Program-made: the position numbers and the translations under genes
Shown here: piece by piece, positions 28,768 to 36,097 of the stretch
Layout of the letters: each line of letters starts with the position of its first letter
Numbering within the stretch: the first letter of the stretch is position 1
DNA from: Alphaproteobacteria bacterium
Lineage (GTDB): Bacteria > Pseudomonadota > Alphaproteobacteria > Micavibrionales > Micavibrionaceae
Assembly (NCBI GenBank): GCA_039808845.1
Contig: JBDHTS010000001.1
Span: forward strand, 1 to 49,993
DNA: 49,993 nucleotides
Direction of reading: 5' to 3'
Notes under the pieces: model-generated
The model's database searches: none
The model's input: only the letters and a program-made list of their open reading frames with translations
What the model was told of the DNA's origin: nothing

Positions 28768-29625
28768 ATGTCCCTCCCAAGGGCAATGCAAATGACTATA
28801 CCCTATAACAGTCCCTCGCTTTGGCGGGGCGTTCTGCCATGGCCGCCGCAAGGTGAATTTCATAAATATGACAGAGGGCAGGTTGTTGTCGCTGGCGGCA
28901 CGGTGATGACAGGTGCGGCTCGTCTGGCCGCACAGGCCGCGATGAGGATCGGGGCCGGAATCTGCATTGTCGCGGCTCAGCCTTCCATTCTTCCGATTTA
29001 TCAAGCCAGCCTGATTCATGTCATTTCAAAGGCTGTCAAGGACTTATCTGAAATTATCCACTTAATAAACGATACATACCGTAACATAATTGTGATTGGG
29101 CCTGGAATAGGGCAAAATGACGCTCAGATGCTGCGTCAGCATATTCTAAGTCTTTTAAACACAAAGATTCCTGTGGTTCTGGACGCCGATGCGATTACAG
29201 CGTTCCAAGAGAGTCCTAAAGAGCTGTTTTCGGCGCTTCATAAAGATTGTGTTCTGACGCCGCATGCGGGGGAATTTATCCGTCTTTTTCCCGATATGGG
29301 AAAAGAGGCGCCCCCTCACGAAAAGGCATTGTCGGCGGCCAAGATATGCGGCTGTACCGTTCTTCTGAAAGGCCAGGAAACGGCGATAGCATTTTCCGAA
29401 AAAATCGTGATCAACACGCATGCCACGCCCTGGCTGGCGACGGCGGGAGCGGGGGATGTGCTGGCCGGGATGACCGCAGGGCTGATGGCGCAGGGGATGG
29501 CAGGATTCGATGCCGCCTGCGCCGCAGCATGGCTGCATGGCGAGGCCGGCCTGCGGTTCGGGCCGGGGCTGGTGGCGCCCGACCTTGTCGATATTCTGCC
29601 TGAAATCATGCGGGATTTCGCTTGA
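28768..29625 (+). CDS. nnrD: ADP-dependent NAD(P)H-hydrate dehydratase (YjeF C-terminal type)
   Basis: 285 aa: HKYDRGQVVVAGGTVMTGAARLAAQAAMRIGAG, VLDADA, LTPHAGEF, TAGAGDVLAGMTAGLMAQG. Confidence 0.85.
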   Translation: MSLPRAMQMTIPYNSPSLWRGVLPWPPQGEFHKYDRGQVVVAGGTVMTGAARLAAQAAMRIGAGICIVAAQPSILPIYQASLIHVISKAVKDLSEIIHLINDTYRNIIVIGPGIGQNDAQMLRQHILSLLNTKIPVVLDADAITAFQESPKELFSALHKDCVLTPHAGEFIRLFPDMGKEAPPHEKALSAAKICGCTVLLKGQETAIAFSEKIVINTHATPWLATAGAGDVLAGMTAGLMAQGMAGFDAACAAAWLHGEAGLRFGPGLVAPDLVDILPEIMRDFA

Positions 29626-29666
29626 ACTCCTATCGGTTTTCTGGTTTCTCATAGGGCCGGAACATT

Positions 29667-29751
29667 GCGGATGTGGCGGAACTGGCAGACGCACCAGATT
29701 TAGGTTCTGGCGGGGCAACCCGTGGGGGTTCGAGTCCCTTCATCCGCACCA
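29667..29751 (+). tRNA. tRNA-Leu (anticodon TAG), long variable arm, CCA encoded
   Basis: Acceptor stem gcggatg/catccgc, anticodon arm ccaga-TTTAGGT-tctgg, variable arm gcggggcaacccgtg; 85 nt. Confidence 0.92.
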
Positions 29752-29785
29752 GCCTCCGCCCTGCCGGGCTTCGGCTCGGCAGGCC
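29752..29785 (+). repeat. Conserved tRNA-trailer hairpin with UUCG tetraloop, copy 1
   Basis: gcctccgccctgccgggcTTCGgctcggcaggcc has a 10-bp stem (CCUGCCGGGC/GCUCGGCAGG). A near-identical copy follows tRNA-Val(CAC) at 41073-41105. Confidence 0.7.
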
Positions 29786-29846
29786 ATATATGGGTTCATT
29801 GAACCGTTTTAGACACGATTTTGAAAAGAAAAGAGACGAACAAACG

Positions 29847-31277
29847 ATGCAAGTCAAGGAACTGAAAAGCGAAGGTCTGGTCCGCGAACTGGAAGTGGTG
29901 CTGCCCGCCAATGAGATCGGGCGCCGCGTGGACGAACGCCTTAAAGATTATGCGAAGAGCGCCAGAATGCCCGGTTTCCGCCCCGGCAAGGTGCCCGCTC
30001 AGGTTTTGAAGCAGCGTTATGGCCGCGCCGTTCTGGGCGAGGTTCTGGAGTCCGCCGTGAACGACACGACGCAGAAGGTGCTGCAGGACAAGGGCCTGCG
30101 CCCGGCGATCCAGCCGAAAATCGAAGTGAAGGAATTCGACGAGGGCAAGGATCTGAAATACACGATGGAAGTCGAACTGCTTCCCGAATTCGAGGTCACG
30201 GATCTTAAATCCCTTAAATTGACGAAGCCGGTCGTCAAAGCCGATGCGGCGGCCGTCGGCGAAGCGCTGGAGCGCATCGCCAAGAACAACCGCGACACCA
30301 AAAAGATCGAGACCGGGCGCGCTTCCAAAAAGGGCGATGTCATCCTGATGGATTTTCATGGCCGGACGAAGGCAGACAACAAGCCGCACCCCGGCATGCA
30401 TGCGCACGGCCACAAGCTGGAACTTGGCAGCGGCCAGTTCATTCCCGGCTTCGAGGACCAGCTGACCGGCAGGAAGGCGGGCGAGAAGGTCGAGGTTCAT
30501 GTAACCTTCCCCGAAGTCTACCATTCCGAGGAACTCGCGGGCCAGGATGCGATCTTCGACGTCGATATTCATGAGATCCACGAACCGGCGGACGCCGCGA
30601 TCGACGACGATTTCGCCAAGAAGCTGGGCTTTGACGACCTGACGGCGCTGAAAGGCGCGGTCGAGAAGCAGATGCAGTCGGAATACGACCAGCAGAGCCG
30701 CATGAAACTGAAGCGCAGCCTGCTGGACGCGCTGGACGACGCGCACAGCTTCGCCGTGCCGCAGGGCATGCTGGACCTCGAATTCCAGAACATCCAGCAG
30801 CAGATCCGGCTTGAGCGCCAGAATGAAGTGAAGGACGGCAAGCTGGACCTGACCGATGAGGAGATGGAAGAGCTTCGCGCGATTGCCGAGCGCCGCGTGC
30901 GTCTTGGCCTGGTCCTCTCGGAAATCGGCCGCCAGAACAATATCCAGATCACGGACCAGGAATTGCAGCGCGCGGTGATCGCCGAGGCGCAACGCTATCC
31001 CGGCCAGGAAGCGGTGGTGTTCGATTACTACCGCAAGAACCGCCAGGCGCTCGACGCCCTGCGCGCGCCGGTGTTCGAGGACAAGATGGTCGATTTCATC
31101 AGCCAGCTGGCCACGATCGAGGAAAAGCCGGTCTCTGTTGAAGAACTGACCGCAGAAGAGGATGAAGAATCCTATCTGGAACGGAAGAAGGGCGGCAAAA
31201 AAGGCAAGGCAAAATCCGCCGCAGCCGATGAAGGCAAAAAAGCCTCAGGCGCGAAAAAAGCTTCCAAAAAGGAATAA
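29847..31277 (+). CDS. tig: Trigger factor
   Basis: I prefer the ATG at 29847 (MQVKELKSEGLVRELEVVLP); the listed ORF start at 29673 would overlap tRNA-Leu. Supporting segments are GFRPGKVP, an FKBP-like middle part (GDVILMDFHG...FIPGFEDQL) and a Lys-rich tail. Confidence 0.95.
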   Translation: MQVKELKSEGLVRELEVVLPANEIGRRVDERLKDYAKSARMPGFRPGKVPAQVLKQRYGRAVLGEVLESAVNDTTQKVLQDKGLRPAIQPKIEVKEFDEGKDLKYTMEVELLPEFEVTDLKSLKLTKPVVKADAAAVGEALERIAKNNRDTKKIETGRASKKGDVILMDFHGRTKADNKPHPGMHAHGHKLELGSGQFIPGFEDQLTGRKAGEKVEVHVTFPEVYHSEELAGQDAIFDVDIHEIHEPADAAIDDDFAKKLGFDDLTALKGAVEKQMQSEYDQQSRMKLKRSLLDALDDAHSFAVPQGMLDLEFQNIQQQIRLERQNEVKDGKLDLTDEEMEELRAIAERRVRLGLVLSEIGRQNNIQITDQELQRAVIAEAQRYPGQEAVVFDYYRKNRQALDALRAPVFEDKMVDFISQLATIEEKPVSVEELTAEEDEESYLERKKGGKKGKAKSAAADEGKKASGAKKASKKE

Positions 31278-31394
31278 TCAACCGGCCTTCGGACAAACCG
31301 TCTCTTGGGATGTGGTTTGCCTGGGTCGATGGTAGTGTGCCGGTTTGAAAGATGCGACATGCCCGCGCTCAATCCGTTTTCCTCTTCCTGTGTG

Positions 31395-31504
31395 GCGGGA
31401 GGGGGGAGCCAGAGGGGGGAGGGCTGCCTTGAAAATCGGTAAAGATTCAGAGATTTAAGAAAGCCCTCCCTCCTTAATCATCCCTCCCGAAGACGGGAGG
31501 GATG
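31395..31504. repeat. Cluster of G/C-rich palindromic sequences downstream of tig, a degenerate relative of the REP-like family
   Basis: ggcgggaggggggagccagaggggggagggctgcc ... agccctccctcc, then a perfect 11-bp hairpin catccctcccg-aaga-cgggagggatg (31479-31504). Confidence 0.5.
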
Positions 31505-31561
31505 AGATAAAAAAGATCCGCGAGCATAGATCCGCATTCAAAACGATCCACGACCCAATCG

Positions 31562-32326
31562 GTGCAAAGATTGCTCGCCTGGCAAGATTGGTGTATTTTC
31601 ATATTGATGAAATTGAGGATACCGCAGGATCAGCTGGAATTTTATCCAGCCCCATTATCATGTCGGCAGACATTTAATGGCAGAAGCGACCTGCTTTCAA
31701 ATTTCAACTGCCTGAATTATGCCCTCGATTATTGGGAGCATGCCTGGGCCAGGCCAGACACATTTTCAGCCCGGATTGGCTATGAACGAAGTTTGGCCAG
31801 CACCTATCGCAAAGGCGGTGATCCGGAATGGGCATTGCGCAATCCCCATCGCCGCCATTTGACGATTGACTTCAAGAAGCATGTCACAGAACACTGGAAA
31901 GACGTTATTGATTTCACTGACGATAAAGTTCTGGATCCGTTTTTTCGCGATTGTGCAGGCGCTGGTCTTATCCCTGTAAAGCGGCCGGTCACGGCAGGGG
32001 GATACAGGCTGATCGCGCACATTCAGGACAAGTATTTATTAAAACGCCATGAGGAAACCCTGGGGATGCAGGGTAAAGACGCGCACTGGATCCGGCTCGA
32101 CAGGGATGGATATTGGACCGAGAAGTTCGGGGATGGAGATATACAGGCGTTTAAATCGGGCGCAGGCCAAAATGTCATCCTGCCCCATATAGAACTGGCT
32201 CCGGATCGTGACGATCAAAAGTATATTTTCGTTCAATATTATCTTGCGCCGGTTGATATTCATCACCGGAAACCGTCCGTTCTTCCTTTTGCAAAACGCC
32301 CCATCGTTCTTGAGCTTTGTGACTAG
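31562..32326 (+). CDS. Orphan protein, candidate papain-fold Cys-His hydrolase (254 aa; alternative ATG at 31607)
   Basis: Low-GC ORF with no signal peptide and no clear SD. SNFNCLNYALDYW (Cys50) and GKDAHWIRLDRDGYWTEKFGDG (His175) resemble the papain-like CGSCWAF and HAV...YWxxKNSWG blocks. This rests on motif resemblance only. Confidence 0.5.
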   Translation: MQRLLAWQDWCIFILMKLRIPQDQLEFYPAPLSCRQTFNGRSDLLSNFNCLNYALDYWEHAWARPDTFSARIGYERSLASTYRKGGDPEWALRNPHRRHLTIDFKKHVTEHWKDVIDFTDDKVLDPFFRDCAGAGLIPVKRPVTAGGYRLIAHIQDKYLLKRHEETLGMQGKDAHWIRLDRDGYWTEKFGDGDIQAFKSGAGQNVILPHIELAPDRDDQKYIFVQYYLAPVDIHHRKPSVLPFAKRPIVLELCD

Positions 32327-32334
32327 GACAGACC

Positions 32335-32563
32335 CTTGATGCGTTTCACGCCCGTCTTCGAAGACAAGATGGTTGATTTCATCAGCCAGCTGGCCGTAAT
32401 CGAGAAAAGCCCGTGACGGTCGAGGATCTGGCCGCCGAAGAGGATGAAGAGTCCTATCTGGAACGGAAGAAGGGTGGCAAATCTAAGGAAAAAACCACGA
32501 AATCAAAGAATAAAACCGAAAACCCATCAAAAAAGGCCGATTCCAAAGCTGCTAAAAAATAAA
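32335..32563 (+). pseudogene. Orphan duplicated 3' end of tig (last ~70 codons) carrying a 1-nt frameshift
   Basis: It aligns with tig at 31050-31277 at roughly 85% identity: ...gtcttcgaagacaagatggttgatttcatcagccagctggcc...gaagaggatgaagagtcctatctggaacggaagaagggtggcaaa.... A 1-nt deletion after atcgag creates a TGA. It has its own Lys-rich tail and TAA at 32561-32563. Confidence 0.8.
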
Positions 32564-32635
32564 AATTGACTCCAGCCATGGATTAACATTACCTTAATTT
32601 GAATGACAATATGAAAATTATAAAGAGGAACAGAA

Positions 32636-33226
32636 ATGGTTGCAGAAAAAATTAGAAATGCACTCACCGGCGCGGTTCTGGCTGGAGGAGTGGCGGTAAC
32701 GCCTGTCGTTGATGCCCGTGCTGAGTCTGTGAATCCTACGGGGAATATTTTAAAAGATACGTTGTCTGTAGTTCCTGCCGCTCTTCAAAACGCGGCCGAC
32801 CTCGTATGCGGACCGGGAGGTTATCCCGATCCCAAGGCGGTTGATTTGTTCTTAGGCGAAATAATGTGGGCGCAAAAGGAACAAGGAACGGAGGTCTCAC
32901 AAGAAGCTGGGATCTCAAGGGGCTCCTTATTGAGCGCATTCCCCGCAACTGCTTCGGCGATTGATGGTCTGAGGGCTCGTCTTGACGCGATTGTGGGGGG
33001 AGACCCTCGAATCCAAGCCCTCGAAAATCATGGCTCGCTTGATCCCAAGCGGCCTATGGATAACTGGCTCTTGGTTGATAAGGCCATGCATGCCGTATGC
33101 GACCATAGTGACGAACTCATCGGGGCTGTTCGTGAAACTATAGATGGTCTCGACACGGATAAAATTGGACATGAGCTGGGTCTGAGCAGGCCCACCGCGC
33201 CAAGACCGGCGCCCGGTGTTTCATAA
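32636..33226 (+). CDS. Secreted orphan protein (196 aa)
   Basis: Good SD (agagga) and a signal-peptide-like N-terminus (ALTGAVLAGGVAVTPVVDARA). I recognise no family. Confidence 0.6.
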   Translation: MVAEKIRNALTGAVLAGGVAVTPVVDARAESVNPTGNILKDTLSVVPAALQNAADLVCGPGGYPDPKAVDLFLGEIMWAQKEQGTEVSQEAGISRGSLLSAFPATASAIDGLRARLDAIVGGDPRIQALENHGSLDPKRPMDNWLLVDKAMHAVCDHSDELIGAVRETIDGLDTDKIGHELGLSRPTAPRPAPGVS

Positions 33227-33265
33227 CTGTGAAGTGTACGCGATTTTACAGTTTTTATTTGTGCT

Positions 33266-33355
33266 CTTAAACAAACCGTATCCCTGTGATACGGTTTGTT
33301 CGTCTTTTTATTCTGGTAAACGGAGCGAGAGCGCAGCATGTACGAATGTGGCCCA
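33266..33355 (+). repeat. Orphan duplicate of the clpP upstream hairpin/leader plus the first clpP codons
   Basis: cttaaacaaaccgtatccctgtgatacggtttgttcgtctttttattctggtaaacggagcgagagcgcagcATGTACGAAtgtggccc aligns at about 80% identity with 34971-35063. It reads MYECGP then a stop. Confidence 0.8.
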
Positions 33356-33460
33356 TAGCGGGCCCTTGAATTTCCCTGTCTATTTTCATCTTTTTGGAAA
33401 ATATTGACAAGAAAAGCATGAAAGCTTAATGTTAATTATATGTAAAAACATAGATCATTT

Positions 33461-34858
33461 ATGATTTTGATAACAGATGCTATGAGATATCTCCGTTATC
33501 CAGACGCCGAACTCTCAGGCGAGCCTCCATTATTCTTTTCCACTATTTCATCCCGGCTCGACATTCTGGGCAGGAGGCTTGATCAAGCCGAGGCAGCCAA
33601 TAGGGATTATAAAGAAGAGAACAACTCTTCCATTTCGCCGTCCGATGCAATACGGGCGGATTTTCCCATACTGGATTTTCTTGAGGATGGCGCTTATCCG
33701 GCTGTCGTTATTATAAGCACGGATGATCTTGCCGCATTCCGTGAAAATGTACCGGAGGCTGAACAAGAGGAAAATTTCAAGAGGCACCTTATAAGCAATG
33801 GTTTCAATGAAGCGGAGGCGGACAAAATCGCCAAAAGCGTTTCTGAATATATGAAAAGCATTCAGAGCGACATATCCTCCGTCACTTTGACGTCTTCGGA
33901 TATGTCAAGGCCCATCGTTATTATGAAGGAATTCTCGGATAAAGAAGATCTCGTCTTCAGGGCGACAGGAAAAAGAGGGTGGATCAACCTACCGGGGAAT
34001 ATTGAGGATTATAACAATTTTAGCCTGCTGCATGAACTTGCGCATGCCAAAAGCCCAAGGGAACGCCATGGCGAGCGTTACGCCGATCAAGATGCGGCAA
34101 AAGAATATCTGAAATTATATTTGCAGGGGAAACAGGAGAGCCCCGACGTTCCTTACGCCTTCCGCGCCTTAAGGATTTTGAAGGCGGTGGAAACTCCCTT
34201 GGGGACATTGGATGAACATCTGGTGGCATTTTTGTCCGTTCTTCCGGGCGAAAAGCCTCATGGCATAAACCCCGAAACTTTCTCCAGAGCGATTAACGAT
34301 GCAGACATGAAAATCGCCATGGAAGTCGGAAAAGACCGTATGACCGAAGACGATGCTTATATATCTGCGGTCGACAGGTTGCTGGAAAAGATGAACAGCC
34401 CGAAATTTATCGATAAATACGGATCGCTCAAAGCTGAAGTCATTGAAAAAGTCCGGGAAGCGATGGGCGCTCATGATATGAAGTCTCTAAAGGGATTTAT
34501 TGCGCTTCTTCCTGAAGAACTGCGGAGAAGCTTTCAAGAGAGCATTCCCATGTCGTATGCTCTGGAAGGTTACAGGGCGCTGTCAGAACAACCTGAATTA
34601 AGATATGCCCTTGCGAAGAAATTTCTGGACCAGAGCCGATTTGACGATCCTGCCCAGAGATATTACATTGAAAAATTCCTGGATGCCGCGCAAAGATACG
34701 CTGCCGATTATTATAAAGTTCCAGAGGAAGACCGTAAATCTCAAACGCCCTATGCCGACGGAGAAATATCGCTGGCCGGTTTAAGCGCAGAGTTGTCGGC
34801 GCAGCCGGATCACAGAATGCCAGCCCAACAGGCTCCCGTTCCGGCCTTTCCGCAGTAA
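33461..34858 (+). CDS. Orphan protein with a single HExxH motif, candidate zinc metallopeptidase (465 aa)
   Basis: Low-GC ORF with SLLHELAHAKS at aa 188-198 (HELAH = nt 34031-34045). It has no signal peptide and no obvious SD. A plausible promoter lies upstream: TTGACA 33404-33409, 17 nt, TAATGT 33427-33432. Confidence 0.6.
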   Translation: MILITDAMRYLRYPDAELSGEPPLFFSTISSRLDILGRRLDQAEAANRDYKEENNSSISPSDAIRADFPILDFLEDGAYPAVVIISTDDLAAFRENVPEAEQEENFKRHLISNGFNEAEADKIAKSVSEYMKSIQSDISSVTLTSSDMSRPIVIMKEFSDKEDLVFRATGKRGWINLPGNIEDYNNFSLLHELAHAKSPRERHGERYADQDAAKEYLKLYLQGKQESPDVPYAFRALRILKAVETPLGTLDEHLVAFLSVLPGEKPHGINPETFSRAINDADMKIAMEVGKDRMTEDDAYISAVDRLLEKMNSPKFIDKYGSLKAEVIEKVREAMGAHDMKSLKGFIALLPEELRRSFQESIPMSYALEGYRALSEQPELRYALAKKFLDQSRFDDPAQRYYIEKFLDAAQRYAADYYKVPEEDRKSQTPYADGEISLAGLSAELSAQPDHRMPAQQAPVPAFPQ

Positions 34859-34970
34859 GGCAGTCGAAAATCACCGTATAAAGTCCGGAAAAATCCGGAG
34901 ATGTCCCCGTATGATCCAAGCAAGACTGCCCGACCGGCATAGCGCGCAGAATTTGCTGGCCTGATTACCC

Positions 34971-35045
34971 CTTGAACAAACCGCATCCACGCGATACGGT
35001 TTGTGTGTCTTTGATTCCTGTAAACCGAGCAAGAGCGCAGCCTCC
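34971..35045 (+). promoter_or_regulatory. Native clpP upstream hairpin/leader (counterpart of 33266-33337)
   Basis: cttgaacaaaccgcatccacgcgatacggtttgtgtgtctttgattcctgtaaaccgagcaagagcgcagcctcc immediately precedes the clpP ATG. It contains the aaccg.atc/gatacggtt hairpin. Confidence 0.55.
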
Positions 35046-35699
35046 ATGTACGAACGCGACCCGTTAGAAGTCTATAACAATACCCTGGTTCCGATGGTCA
35101 TCGAGCAGACCAACAGGGGCGAGCGGTCTTATGACATTTATTCGCGGCTGCTGAAGGAGCGCATCATCTTCCTGACGGGCGGGGTCAACGACCATGTGTC
35201 GAGCCTGATCTGCGCACAGTTGCTGTTCCTGGAGTCGGAGAACCCGAAGAAGGATATCGCGTTTTACATCAACTCGCCGGGCGGCGTTGTGACGTCGGCG
35301 CTCGCCATGTACGACACGATGCAATACATCAAGCCCGACGTTTCCACGGTCTGCACGGGGCAGGCGGCTTCCGCCGGGTCGCTGCTGCTGACCGCCGGCG
35401 CGGCCAACAAGCGGTATTCGCTGCCGCATTCCCGGATCATGATCCACCAGCCGCATGGCGGCGCGCAGGGGCAGGCGTCCGATATCGAGATCCAGGCGCG
35501 GGAGATCCTGCGTCTTCGCGCCAAGCTGAACGAGATTTATGTCAAGCATACGGGCCAGAAGCTGAACGCCATCGAGAAAGCCATGGACCGCGACAATTTC
35601 ATGTCCGCCGAGGAAGCCAAGGCATTCGGACTGATCGATCATGTGGTCGAGGCGCGCCCGGATGCGCTGGCGCCGGCGGCTGAGCCTGAGAAGAAGTAG
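35046..35699 (+). CDS. clpP: ATP-dependent Clp protease proteolytic subunit
   Basis: I prefer the ATG at 35046 ([43 protein letters not shown]). The catalytic-Ser context is [11 protein letters not shown] and the His context is MIHQP. Confidence 0.95.
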   Translation: MYERDPLEVYNNTLVPMVIEQTNRGERSYDIYSRLLKERIIFLTGGVNDHVSSLICAQLLFLESENPKKDIAFYINSPGGVVTSALAMYDTMQYIKPDVSTVCTGQAASAGSLLLTAGAANKRYSLPHSRIMIHQPHGGAQGQASDIEIQAREILRLRAKLNEIYVKHTGQKLNAIEKAMDRDNFMSAEEAKAFGLIDHVVEARPDALAPAAEPEKK

Positions 35700-35717
35700 G
35701 TTCTCGCCTGATTTTGA

Positions 35718-35825
35718 CTCCTTTCCCCTTAAGGGGGAGGGCCGGGGCGGGGGTTTCGGACCGTTGTTTTTTGCACTTACAGCCACACTTGTAAACCCTC
35801 CCCAACCCCTCCCTCAGGGAGGGGC
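35718..35825 (+). repeat. REP-like ~105-nt palindromic intergenic element, copy 3
   Basis: ctcctttccccttaagggggagggccggggcgggggt...aaccctccccaacccctccctcagggaggggc, starting 19 nt after the clpP stop. Confidence 0.8.
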
Positions 35826-36097
35826 TTCAGAGCGGCGCGTGCCGCAACAATAAGCGCGTTGGAGAGAAAGCTCTATTCCTGAATTGCTGAGCGGGCATAA
35901 CATCTGGGGAATGTATATTCATAATAAAATTTAATGCTTCGTTCCTGCGTGTAAGTTACAACAGCAGGGGTTGATTTTCGGATGGTTATGGCCCACTTCT
36001 CCTTAAAGAATATGGCCAAAACCGGGCAAGAGTCTGTTAACCTGTTCCGTCGTATGGTGGAATGGGGCCCGAATACCCTGAAGATTGAGAGTGTTCC

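Noticed and set aside
29673-29846. N-terminal extension of the tig ORF as listed (start 29673). There are similar upstream extensions of the ORFs at 41037 (small basic protein), 25526 (secreted protein), 28427 (glnA), 18103 (rhlE) and 19649 (lptD).
   Set aside because: The extensions overlap tRNA genes or upstream genes, or translate to junk. Internal ATGs give canonical N-termini or signal peptides, in some cases preceded by an SD sequence.
31278-35045. Calling the tig-clpP island an intact integrative element, prophage or integron cassette array.
   Set aside because: I found no integrase, transposase, excisionase, attC-like sites or phage genes in any frame. Only duplicated flank fragments and orphan ORFs are present, so I report it as an insertion scar or mosaic rather than a defined mobile element.
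35641-35853. 70-aa ORF (and 35599..35805 on the minus strand) containing FPLKGEGRGGGF...PPQPLPQGG. Similar small ORFs overlap 19526-19629.
   Set aside because: These are translation artefacts of the REP-like palindromic repeat and are not genes.
35826-36097. A sigma-32 heat-shock promoter upstream of lon.
   Set aside because: I could not find a convincing CTTGAA-N13-17-CCCCAT pair by eye; only a weak cttaaa is present. I left it unannotated.
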